The notes under the pieces were generated by a model. The model was not told the origin of the DNA. It ran no database searches and saw only the letters and a list, made by a program, of their open reading frames with translations. The translations under genes and the position numbers were made by a program. Positions 44,294 through 52,808 of a stretch of DNA of 64,000 nt are shown one piece after another (position 1 is the first letter of the stretch; each line of letters begins with the position of its first letter). The DNA is from an uncultured Acidimicrobiaceae bacterium (GTDB lineage: Bacteria > Actinomycetota > Acidimicrobiia > Spongiisociales > UBA5794). The stretch is from contig CAZPAV010000002.1 of assembly GCA_964584755.1 (NCBI GenBank), forward strand, positions 45,338 through 109,337. The letters are read 5' to 3'.

Positions 44294-46054
44294 GTGACCC
44301 CGATGCGCGTCGCCCATCTCGCCACCGTCGACCTCAGCCTCCGCTACCTCGTGTTCCCGCAGCTCACCGCGGTGCGGGACCTCGGAGGCGAGGCGGTCGG
44401 CATCTCCGCCCCGGGGCCGTACGTCGCCGACCTCACCGCGGCGGGGATCCGCCACGTTCCCCTCCCCGGGTCCACGCGCAGCTTCGCTCCGCTCGACGAT
44501 CTCCGCGCCGCGCTCTCCCTCTGGCGGATCCTGCGCCGGGAACGCCCCGACGTGCTCCACACGCACACGCCCAAGCCCGGGATCTACGGACGGATCGTGG
44601 GACGGCTCGCCGGGGTGCCGGCCGTCCTCAACACCATCCACGGCCTCTACGCCACCCCCGACGACCGGCTCCCGGCGCGGATCGCGGTCTACACCCTGGA
44701 GGCGATCGCCTCCCGGTTCTCGGACGCGGAGCTCGTCCAGAGCCGCGAGGACCTCGAGCTCGTCACGCGGCGTCGCATCACCCGGCCCGAGCGCACCGTC
44801 CTCCTCGGCAACGGGGTCGACCTGGCACGTTTCGACCCGGACCGGTTCCCCGCGACACACCGGGAACGGGTGCGGGCCGAGCTGGGGATCCCGGAGGATC
44901 GGATCGTCGTCGGCATGGTGGGGCGACTCGTGGCGGAGAAGGGGTACCCGGAGCTCTTCGCCGCCGCCCGCCTGCTCGGCTCCGGGTACGTGGTCCTCGC
45001 GATCGGGCCCCACGAGCCGGAGAAGGCCGATGCGCTCGCTCCCGAGGTCGTCGCCACGGCGCGTCGCGACGGCGTTCGCCTGCTGGGCATGCGCACCGAC
45101 GTGGACCGTCTCTACGGCGCCATGGACCTCTTCGTCCTCCCCTCCCACCGCGAGGGCTTCCCCCGGGCCGCGATGGAGGCGGCGGCGATGGGCCTCCCGA
45201 TCGTCGCCACCGACATCCGCGGCTGCCGTGAGGTCGTGGAGGACGCGGTCAACGGGCTCCTCGTTCCCGTCGGCGACCCGGCGGCGCTCGCCGGCGCCAT
45301 CCGCTCCCTCGGCGAGGATCCGGCGCGACGCCGTCGCATGGGCGCGGCGGGACGCGACAAGGCACGCCGGGAGTTCGACGAGCGGGAGGTCGTCCGGCGC
45401 GTCCTCTCCGAGCAGGTGCGGGCGCTCCGGGCGAAGGGGCGTTTCGAGCGGTTCGCCGCCGCCCCCGGCATCCGGCTGCGTGAGGCGACCGTCCGCGACG
45501 TCCCCATCGTCGCCCGTCTCCACGCCGACGGCATCGCCACCGGGTTCCTGCCGCGTCTGGGCCCGGGGTTCCTCGAGGAGCTGTACCGCGCGCTCGTGGC
45601 CGCGCCCGGCACGCTCGTGCTCGTGGCGGAGGACGAGTTCGCACCGATCGGGTTCGTCGCCGGCGCCGCCGACACCGCCGCGTTCTTCTCGTGGTTCGCC
45701 CGCCGCCGCGGAGTGCGGGCCGCCCGGCGTGCCGCGTCCCGTCTCCTTCGTCCCGGGAACCTCCGGCGTGCCTGGGAGACGTGGCGCTACGACGGGGAGC
45801 ACCTCGGGGTCCCCGCCGAGTTGCTCTCCATGGCGGTGGCCCCGCCCTTCCGTGGCGCCGGCATCGGCCGACGGCTCGGCGCGACGTTCCTGGAGCGACT
45901 CGCCGCGGAGGGCACGACCCGGGTGAAGGTCGTCGTGGCCGCGGCGAACGCCGCGGCCCAGGCCACCTATCGGGGCCTCGGCTTCCGGCCGGCGGGGACG
46001 TTCGAGGTCCACGCCGGGGAACCCTCCCTGGTGATGGTCCGGGCTCAGACCTGA
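44294..46054 (+). CDS. GT4 glycosyltransferase fused to a C-terminal GNAT acetyltransferase domain
   Basis: Residues ~1-380 are GT-B/GT4 (REGFPRAAMEAAAMGLPIVATD). Residues ~400-586 are GNAT (RGAGIGRRLGATFLERLA motif A, VKVVVAAANAAAQATYRGLGF). Start may be the ATG at 44303. Confidence 0.8.
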   Translation: MTPMRVAHLATVDLSLRYLVFPQLTAVRDLGGEAVGISAPGPYVADLTAAGIRHVPLPGSTRSFAPLDDLRAALSLWRILRRERPDVLHTHTPKPGIYGRIVGRLAGVPAVLNTIHGLYATPDDRLPARIAVYTLEAIASRFSDAELVQSREDLELVTRRRITRPERTVLLGNGVDLARFDPDRFPATHRERVRAELGIPEDRIVVGMVGRLVAEKGYPELFAAARLLGSGYVVLAIGPHEPEKADALAPEVVATARRDGVRLLGMRTDVDRLYGAMDLFVLPSHREGFPRAAMEAAAMGLPIVATDIRGCREVVEDAVNGLLVPVGDPAALAGAIRSLGEDPARRRRMGAAGRDKARREFDEREVVRRVLSEQVRALRAKGRFERFAAAPGIRLREATVRDVPIVARLHADGIATGFLPRLGPGFLEELYRALVAAPGTLVLVAEDEFAPIGFVAGAADTAAFFSWFARRRGVRAARRAASRLLRPGNLRRAWETWRYDGEHLGVPAELLSMAVAPPFRGAGIGRRLGATFLERLAAEGTTRVKVVVAAANAAAQATYRGLGFRPAGTFEVHAGEPSLVMVRAQT

Positions 46055-47142
46055 CGTCGCAGCACCCGATCGAGTCCGGCCGCGGCGTGCTCGACGAGGA
46101 ACCGGCCGGCGACGATCTCCCGGCCCGCCTCACCGAGGCGGTGGCGCAGTGCCGGCTCGGTGGCGAGACGCCGAACCGCCGCCGCCACCGCGGCCACGTC
46201 CCGATCCACGAGGATCCCGGACCGACCGCCGTCGAGGGCCTCGGCGATCCCCCCCACCCGGGTCGCCACCACGGGGAGCCCCGCCGCTCCCGCCTCGAGG
46301 ACCACCCCCGGGAGCCCCTCGGTCCGGGAGGTGAGGAGGAGGAGGTGACCCCAGGCGAGATGAGGCCGGACGTCCGGGACCGGGCCGACGAGCTCGACCC
46401 GCTCCTCCACGCCGAGCCGCTCGGCCCGCCGCCGCAGCTCGGCGGCGAGCGGGCCCCCGCCCACGAAGCGGATGACGGCATCCGTCCCCTCCCAGATCAC
46501 GCGTGCCGCCGCCTCGAGGGCGAGGAGCGGATCCTTCTCCGCGGAGAGCCGGCCCACGAAGAGGACGCGCAGCGGACCCGCCGCCGTCTCCCGTTCCACC
46601 CCCAGGAGGTCGCGGGGCACCCCCGAGGGGACGACCCGGATTCGCTCCCGCGGCACACCCACCTGGGCCACGAGCTCGGCCGCGACGGACTCGGCGACGG
46701 CTACGACGACGTCGTACCGGGCCGCGAGCAGCCGGTACCGCCACACCTGGATCCGGCGGTCGACCCAGGCCCCGGGACTCCCGATGGCGACGTAGGCGAG
46801 GAGGGGCCGACGCCGCATGGCGAGCCCCGCCACGGCGACGTAGCGCAGGGTGGCCGAGCCCCAGGCGAGGAGGGCGTCCGGCGCCTCGGAGCGGATCTCC
46901 CTCCGCAGTCGCCGCACGAGCCCGGGGCGGAGCCCGCGGAGACCTTCGGGACGTCGATCGGACAGCGGCGCGGCGTCCACCCGGGGACCGGGGGAGGCGG
47001 AGAGGGACACGAGTCGCGGCGACCACCCGAGCCCGACCATCGCCCGCGTCGTCCGCTCCGCCTGCACCTCGGCCCCCCGCCGGCGGTCGGTCGTCACGAC
47101 CACGAGGAGACGGCGACGGGGCCCCCCGGGGGAGACGCTCAC
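46045..47142 (-). CDS. GT4-family glycosyltransferase
   Basis: 365 aa from GTG (overlaps the DegT TGA, GTGA); RTEGLPGVVLEAGAAGLPVVATRVGG. N-terminal part of the listed 635-aa ORF rejected. Confidence 0.8.
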   Translation of the reverse strand: MSVSPGGPRRRLLVVVTTDRRRGAEVQAERTTRAMVGLGWSPRLVSLSASPGPRVDAAPLSDRRPEGLRGLRPGLVRRLRREIRSEAPDALLAWGSATLRYVAVAGLAMRRRPLLAYVAIGSPGAWVDRRIQVWRYRLLAARYDVVVAVAESVAAELVAQVGVPRERIRVVPSGVPRDLLGVERETAAGPLRVLFVGRLSAEKDPLLALEAAARVIWEGTDAVIRFVGGGPLAAELRRRAERLGVEERVELVGPVPDVRPHLAWGHLLLLTSRTEGLPGVVLEAGAAGLPVVATRVGGIAEALDGGRSGILVDRDVAAVAAAVRRLATEPALRHRLGEAGREIVAGRFLVEHAAAGLDRVLRRQV

Positions 47143-48311
47143 CGCAGGGCTCGCTCCACCGCGGCGCCGTGGCGGCCGATCCGGGCGATCGCGGCGGCGA
47201 CGCGATCCACGGTCTCCAGTGGGAGGTGACTCCAGATGGGCAGGCTCACGACCCGGGCGGCGAGGTCGTCCGTCACCGGGAGGGGACCGGTCGCCACGCC
47301 CCGGTACGCCCGCTGACGGTGCACCGGCGGCGAGTAGTACCGCCGGGTGGCCACCCCCTCGGCGTCGAGCGCGGTGACGAGGGTGTCGCGACCGCACCCG
47401 AAGACGTCCCCGTCCACGAGGATGGTGAGATCCTTGTAGGAGCTGCGGTCCCCGGGCCCGACCCCCTGGAACTCCACGCCGGGAACGGCCGTCAGCGCCG
47501 CCCGGTACCGGCTCGCCACCGCGTTGCGGTGGGCGACACGCTCCTCGAGGTGCTCGAGGGCGACGAGGGCGATCGCGGCATGGAGCTCGCTGAGCCGGCC
47601 GTTCAGACCGGGGAATCGGGTGTCGTAGTCCCCCGGGTTGCCGTAGTTCCGGGCGACGCGCAGTCGTGCCGCGAGATCCGGGTCGTTCGTCGTCACGAGC
47701 CCCCCCTCGGCGCCGCTGAGCACCTTCGTCGGCGTGAGACTGAACACCTCGGCCGATCCCGAGCCGCCCAGCGGGCGCGGACCGTGACCGACGTCGATGA
47801 GGGAGCCGGCGGCGTGGGCGGCGTCGAAGACGAGCGGGACGCCCAGCTCGGCGGCGCGGCGCTCCAGGCCCGGAACGTCGCACGGTACGCCGGAGACGTG
47901 GACCCCCACGACCGCTGCGACACCCTCGGGAACGTTCTCCGGACGGAGACACCAGGTCACCGGATCACAGTCGGCGAACCGCGGCGGCAGCCCGTTCCAC
48001 GCCACGGCGTGCGCCGTGGCGGAGAACGTGAAAGAGGGCACGAGCACGGGACCGTCGATCTCCAGCGCCTGGAGGAGCAGCAGGAGGCCCGTCGTGCACG
48101 ACGCCACCGCGACACAGTGATCGACGCCGAACGTCGCGGCCACGCCTTCCTCGAGACGGCGGGTGAGGGGGCCGTCGGTCAGCCATCCCGAGTCCAGCGC
48201 CCCGGCGACGAGGTCGAGGACGCGGTCCCGCTCCTCGAGGGTGGGACGGGCGAAGGGCAGGGGGGGCGCGAACGCGGGCTCACCGCCGAGCACCGCGGGG
48301 AGATCGGTCAC
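47139..48311 (-). CDS. DegT/DnrJ/EryC1/StrS-family PLP-dependent sugar aminotransferase
   Basis: 390 aa from GTG (overlaps the upstream TGA, GTGA). VLSGAEGGLVTTND and FSLTPTKVL (PLP-lysine region), typical DegT fold. Confidence 0.85.
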   Translation of the reverse strand: MTDLPAVLGGEPAFAPPLPFARPTLEERDRVLDLVAGALDSGWLTDGPLTRRLEEGVAATFGVDHCVAVASCTTGLLLLLQALEIDGPVLVPSFTFSATAHAVAWNGLPPRFADCDPVTWCLRPENVPEGVAAVVGVHVSGVPCDVPGLERRAAELGVPLVFDAAHAAGSLIDVGHGPRPLGGSGSAEVFSLTPTKVLSGAEGGLVTTNDPDLAARLRVARNYGNPGDYDTRFPGLNGRLSELHAAIALVALEHLEERVAHRNAVASRYRAALTAVPGVEFQGVGPGDRSSYKDLTILVDGDVFGCGRDTLVTALDAEGVATRRYYSPPVHRQRAYRGVATGPLPVTDDLAARVVSLPIWSHLPLETVDRVAAAIARIGRHGAAVERALR

Positions 48312-49618
48312 GGCAACACCATCCTCTCTTCCCTCTCTTCCGGTTCGGACGTGGGGGTCGCGACGGCCCAACGTCGCCAGCCGAGCCCGACGACGAGCGC
48401 GAGGAGGAACGGCACGACCTGGGAGCGTTGGCGGGCGATGATCCCCAGGTTGAAGATCGCGCTGAAGGCGACGACGAACGCCCCGGTGAACCCGAGGGCG
48501 TACAGCAGGTACGGCACCCGTCGCACGACGGCACGGTTGGCCCACATCGTCGGCAGCCGCCACAGGATCATCCCCAGGAGGAGGAGGCTCTCTGCCGAGC
48601 TGAGCAGCATCGCCGGGGAGGAGGCCTCGTAGGGGAGCGGGCGGAAGAGCACCCGGAGCGTCGCCTCGGGGAGATCCAGCGGTGACGTCGCCGGCTTGCC
48701 CACGACGGCCGAACCCCCCTGGGAGGTCCGTCGTTGCTGCTCCTGGAGGAAGGTGTCGAGGCCCTGATCGACGCCCAGGCGGGCGCTGGCGAGGGGCACG
48801 AGGTACACGAGCGCCACGAGGGCGACGGTGGCGACGACGATCCGGGTGGAGCGGCTGCCACCGAGCCGGCTCGCCCGGGCCAGGAGCACGGCGAGCACCA
48901 TCGCGCCCACCGCGATCACCGCGACGTGGGGCCGGATGAGCGCCGCGAAGCCGATCCCGGCGCCCATGAGCAGCGGCCCCCACACGTGACGACGAGCGAA
49001 CGCGAGCGCGGTCCCCAGCGACGCGAGCCCCAGGCCGAGGACCAGGAGCGCGTCCTTGCCGATGCTCGAGGGCCAGAAGATCATCGTGGGGAGGAAGAAG
49101 AGGAGCACGAAGTAGGGAAACGCCCCCCAGTGGGGGACGACGCGTCGGAAGGCGAGGTAGAACGCCACCATGCCCACGAAGGAGAGCGTGGCGAACATGA
49201 GGAAACCGGCGAACATCGGTGGTGTCACGGGCACGTAGAGGAGCCCGGTGATGTGGGCGGTCACCTGGGTGCCGAAGCTCCCCCGCGACACGGTGGGGAC
49301 CTCGAGGCTCCGCCAGATCGGCGCGATGGCCACGCCCGTGCGGTGGTAGGCGAACGCGTCCCCGTACCCGTAGTACACCGCGACCATGAGGTACCGGACC
49401 GCCGATCCGGCCATCTTGGCGAGGAACGCCACCGGGAACAGCAACGGCAGCCAGGCGCGGTCCGCGTCGTTCGCCAGCACCGTCCCCAGCCGAGCCGCCA
49501 CGAGGGTCCCGACGCCCACGACGGCCACCGCGACCCCGGCGAGGAGCCCCGCGGCGACGGCGGCCGCCGCGGCCACCCCCGCCACGACGACGAGGACGAG
49601 TCCGACGGCGTCCCTCAC
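48308..49618 (-). CDS. Polytopic membrane protein, putative O-antigen polymerase/ligase-like (Wzy-like)
   Basis: 436 aa from GTG (overlaps the GNAT-like TGA, GTGA); 10-12 TM helices with a larger loop near the C-terminus. The only Wzy-like candidate in a locus that has wzx and wzc-like. Confidence 0.6.
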   Translation of the reverse strand: MRDAVGLVLVVVAGVAAAAAVAAGLLAGVAVAVVGVGTLVAARLGTVLANDADRAWLPLLFPVAFLAKMAGSAVRYLMVAVYYGYGDAFAYHRTGVAIAPIWRSLEVPTVSRGSFGTQVTAHITGLLYVPVTPPMFAGFLMFATLSFVGMVAFYLAFRRVVPHWGAFPYFVLLFFLPTMIFWPSSIGKDALLVLGLGLASLGTALAFARRHVWGPLLMGAGIGFAALIRPHVAVIAVGAMVLAVLLARASRLGGSRSTRIVVATVALVALVYLVPLASARLGVDQGLDTFLQEQQRRTSQGGSAVVGKPATSPLDLPEATLRVLFRPLPYEASSPAMLLSSAESLLLLGMILWRLPTMWANRAVVRRVPYLLYALGFTGAFVVAFSAIFNLGIIARQRSQVVPFLLALVVGLGWRRWAVATPTSEPEEREERMVLP

Positions 49619-50604
49619 AGCAGCTCCAGATCGCCCAGTGACAACCGCCACACCTCCGGATCGAAGACGTCGACTCCCAGGTCGCCGAGGTCGGCGAGCG
49701 GACGAGCCACGAGACGCAGCGCCGCCACCCGCGGCACCGGCACCATCATCGCGGAGATCGCGGCCCTCCGCGCCCGGGAGCCGTGCGGGAACGCGGCGAC
49801 GGTGTACGCCACCCGCGCCGCGCGCACGAGTCGCCGCAGGACCGGGCGCACGTCCTCCCCGAAGGCATCCGACACCACGAGCTCCCTCCGCCCGCGGCGG
49901 ACGTTGGCCCGCACGACGACGGCCCCCCCACCCACCCGGAGCATCCGGTACGGGGCGGTGGGATGCCCGGTGAAGCGCCAGCGGAGGTACCGCTCCCCGC
50001 GCGGGGTGCCGAGCCCCACGCACGCCGTCCCCCCTCCCCTGCCGGTGACCGCGCCACGCTCGGGCGGCAGGAGGGCGGGATCGACGGGCTCGCCGGCGGG
50101 GAGGAAGGCGGCGGGGTCGGGGACCCCCTCCTCCTCCCGGCGGCGGAACCCGGCGGGTCGAGGCCGGACCAGGACCCGGACGGGGCCCACGTCGCGCCAT
50201 CCCATCGTCAGGTACCCGGGACGGGACCGGTCGTTGGGCGTGTTGAAGACGAGCCGGATTCCCGCCGCCGCGGCGACCTCGAGGGCCTCCATCGTCAACC
50301 GGCGAAAGATCCCCCGCCGGCGGAAACGGGGGTGCGTCGCGGTGTCGACGGCCCGTCCACAGCGGAGGACGCCTCCCGGATGGGCCAGATCCCACCGCAT
50401 GAAGGCCCGCAACCCCACCAGGTCTCCGCCCGACTCGGCGACGAGGGCCACCGAGGGGCCGAACGGATTCTCGACGTGCTTCCAGCGGAACAGCTCCTCG
50501 GTCCGTCGCAGCAGCGGTCCCTCGCCGAGCGCCGCCCGCAGGAGGGCCAGGACCGCGGGCACGTCCTCGGCGCGCAGCTCCCGGACGGTGAGACCCTCAC
50601 CCAC
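49615..50604 (-). CDS. FemAB/GNAT-fold acyltransferase-like protein (paralog 2)
   Basis: 329 aa; FRWKHVENPFGPS...VFNTPNDRSRPGYLTMGW...SLGDLELL parallels the 26841-27749 protein. GTG start overlaps the upstream GT4 stop by 8 nt. Confidence 0.7.
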   Translation of the reverse strand: MGEGLTVRELRAEDVPAVLALLRAALGEGPLLRRTEELFRWKHVENPFGPSVALVAESGGDLVGLRAFMRWDLAHPGGVLRCGRAVDTATHPRFRRRGIFRRLTMEALEVAAAAGIRLVFNTPNDRSRPGYLTMGWRDVGPVRVLVRPRPAGFRRREEEGVPDPAAFLPAGEPVDPALLPPERGAVTGRGGGTACVGLGTPRGERYLRWRFTGHPTAPYRMLRVGGGAVVVRANVRRGRRELVVSDAFGEDVRPVLRRLVRAARVAYTVAAFPHGSRARRAAISAMMVPVPRVAALRLVARPLADLGDLGVDVFDPEVWRLSLGDLELL

Positions 50605-51694
50605 CGAGAACCTCCCGGTAGACGGCCTCGTTGGCGGTCACCATGCGCCCCACCCCGTGCCGTTCCCTGACGAGTGCTTCGGCGCGGTGCGCCATCGCCC
50701 GGGCCCGGGATCGGTCCTCGAGCTGCTCGGCGACGGCCGCGGCGAGCGCCGCCGGGTCCCCGACCGGGACCAGGCGACCGGTGTCGCCGTCCCGGACGAC
50801 CGACGGCACTCCCCCGGCGGCCGTGGCGACCACCGGGGTCCCCACGAACATCGCCTCGAGGACGACGAGGGGGAGCCCCTCGATCCGGGAAGGGTTCACG
50901 AAGACGTCGGCGGCGGCGATGATCGACACGGCGTCGGCCCGACGCCCCAGGAAACGGAGCGTGCCGCCGACCCCGGCGGTCGCGGCGGCGCTCCGGAGGC
51001 GAGCGAGGTCCCCGGGGCGCTTCTCCACCCCCACGGACACGACGGCCACCTCGGGGATGCGCCCGGCGAGCTCCACCGTCGCCGCCACGAGATCGTCGTG
51101 CCCCTTGCCCGGCCGGATGTTCCCGACGTGGACGACGAGGGGTCGCGCGCCCTCGATGCCGAGCTCGGCCCGGATGCGCTCCCGGATGCCGTCCTCGACC
51201 TCCACCCACACCCCGTTGGGGACGACCCGTGGCTCCGGGCCCGGGTAGCCGCGCAGCGACGCGGCCACCGCCTCCGACACCGCGATGACGGCCCGGTTGC
51301 GAGCGTACGTCGCGAAGTTCGCCAGCCGCGTCGGGAGCCGGTAGGAGGAGGCCACGTTGTGCTCCGTGTACACCACCGGCGCGCCGCCGACGAGCCGCGC
51401 CATGATCCCCGTCGCCGGGAGGTGGGCGTGGACGAGATCGGGCCGCCACTCCCTCACGAGGCGGCGGAGGCGCCACGTCGCCCCCCGCGCCGTGCGCCCG
51501 GCGCCGAGACACGTCACGGGGATGTCGCGTCCCTCGAGGTCCCCGACGAGCTGATCCTTCCATGGCAGGACGTACGCCACCCGGTACGCGAAGGCGTCGC
51601 GATCCCAGCAGCGCGACCCCTCGCCGACGACCCGTTCCGCCCCGCCGATGCCCAGCCCCTTGATGAGCACGAGCACCCTCCGCCGGGCCGGCAA
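50597..51694 (-). CDS. GT4-family glycosyltransferase
   Basis: MPARRRVLVLIKGLGIGGAERVV...NPSRIEGLPLVVLEAMFVGTPVVATAAGG; 365 aa. Confidence 0.8.
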   Translation of the reverse strand: MPARRRVLVLIKGLGIGGAERVVGEGSRCWDRDAFAYRVAYVLPWKDQLVGDLEGRDIPVTCLGAGRTARGATWRLRRLVREWRPDLVHAHLPATGIMARLVGGAPVVYTEHNVASSYRLPTRLANFATYARNRAVIAVSEAVAASLRGYPGPEPRVVPNGVWVEVEDGIRERIRAELGIEGARPLVVHVGNIRPGKGHDDLVAATVELAGRIPEVAVVSVGVEKRPGDLARLRSAAATAGVGGTLRFLGRRADAVSIIAAADVFVNPSRIEGLPLVVLEAMFVGTPVVATAAGGVPSVVRDGDTGRLVPVGDPAALAAAVAEQLEDRSRARAMAHRAEALVRERHGVGRMVTANEAVYREVLGG

Positions 51695-51698
51695 GGGA

Positions 51699-52583
51699 TC
51701 AGCCCCGTCCCGCGACGTCGTCGAGGAGCCGCTCGAGCCCCGCGGCGAAGGTCGTCTCCGCCCGCCAACCGAGGAGCTCGCCGGCCGCGGTCGGGTCGAC
51801 GCGCGCCGGAGGCACGTCCCCCGGTCGCGGCTCGCCGAAGGTGAGCTCGGTGGGGAATCTCGCCACGACGAGCTCGGCGAGCTCCTTGATGGACGTCGTC
51901 TCGGGCGCCACGACGTTCAACGCCCGGCCGTGGACCTCGCTCCGGCAGGCCATCTCGAAGGCGCGGGCGATGTCCCCGGCGTAGGTGAACTGGCGACCCT
52001 GGGAGCCGTCCCCCTGGATGGTGAGAGGCTCACCCCGCCGGGCACGGTCGATGAAGATGCGGAAGACGGAGTTCGGACGGAGACCCGTCCCGTACGCGGT
52101 CCCGAGGCGGAGGGCCAGGACGGGCACCCCCCGCAGCCGGTCGGCGGCGAGGAGGATCTGCTCGCCCCCGAGCTTCGTGATGTTGTACGGGTGGTCGGGC
52201 CGGCACGGATGCCGCTCGTCGAGCGGCTCGTACTCGGGTTCCCCGTACACCTCCCACGTCGAGGCGTACACCACCTTCGCGCCGGCGTGTCCCGCGGCGA
52301 CACCCACGTTCGCCGAGCCGGCGACGTTCACCGCCGCGGCGAGGTCCGGTCGCTCGCCGGCGAGGTACACGTCCCCGATGGCGCCGATGTGGCAGACGGC
52401 GTCGTGACCCGCGACGGCGCCGACCACCGCGTCCTGGTCGAGGAGATCGCCGAGAACGATCGGATACGGCTCACCCTCCCCCGGGACGAGATCGAATCCG
52501 GTGACCTCGTGTCCGCAGGCGAGGAGGTGCTGGGCGACGTGGCGTCCGAGGAACCCCGCGGCTCCGGTGACGAGGATTCTCAT
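51699..52583 (-). CDS. NAD-dependent epimerase/dehydratase (UDP-hexose 4-epimerase-like)
   Basis: MRILVTGAAGFLGRHVAQHLL, catalytic YNITK; 294 aa from the internal ATG, AGGGGGA Shine-Dalgarno. Confidence 0.85.
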   Translation of the reverse strand: MRILVTGAAGFLGRHVAQHLLACGHEVTGFDLVPGEGEPYPIVLGDLLDQDAVVGAVAGHDAVCHIGAIGDVYLAGERPDLAAAVNVAGSANVGVAAGHAGAKVVYASTWEVYGEPEYEPLDERHPCRPDHPYNITKLGGEQILLAADRLRGVPVLALRLGTAYGTGLRPNSVFRIFIDRARRGEPLTIQGDGSQGRQFTYAGDIARAFEMACRSEVHGRALNVVAPETTSIKELAELVVARFPTELTFGEPRPGDVPPARVDPTAAGELLGWRAETTFAAGLERLLDDVAGRG

Positions 52584-52808
52584 GGCGTTCCCCCTGTCGA
52601 TCGTCGTACGGCCCGGCGCGCCGCGCCCCCCGCGAGCCGGCCCCACGACCGGCACGCCAATCTACCATCGCCGTCCCCACAAGCGACACCGGACGTGTGT
52701 CCTCGACCACCTTCCGTAGTCGACGGCACCCGGTAGGGTATCCTCCCGTCGGCAAGTGCCCGACGAGACCGACGGGCGCCATCGGGCCGACGACGGGGGG
52801 CAGGACGG

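Noticed and set aside
42111-44297. 728-aa plus ORF and the 601-aa minus ORF at 42298-44103
   Set aside because: Antisense or alternate frame of the CapD-like gene; Arg/Pro/Gly/Asp-rich.
46503-51844. 709-aa (46503-48632) and 1036-aa (48734-51844) plus-strand ORFs
   Set aside because: Antisense to the GT4/DegT/Wzy-like/GNAT-like/GT4/epimerase operon; extreme Arg/Pro/Gly content and no motifs.
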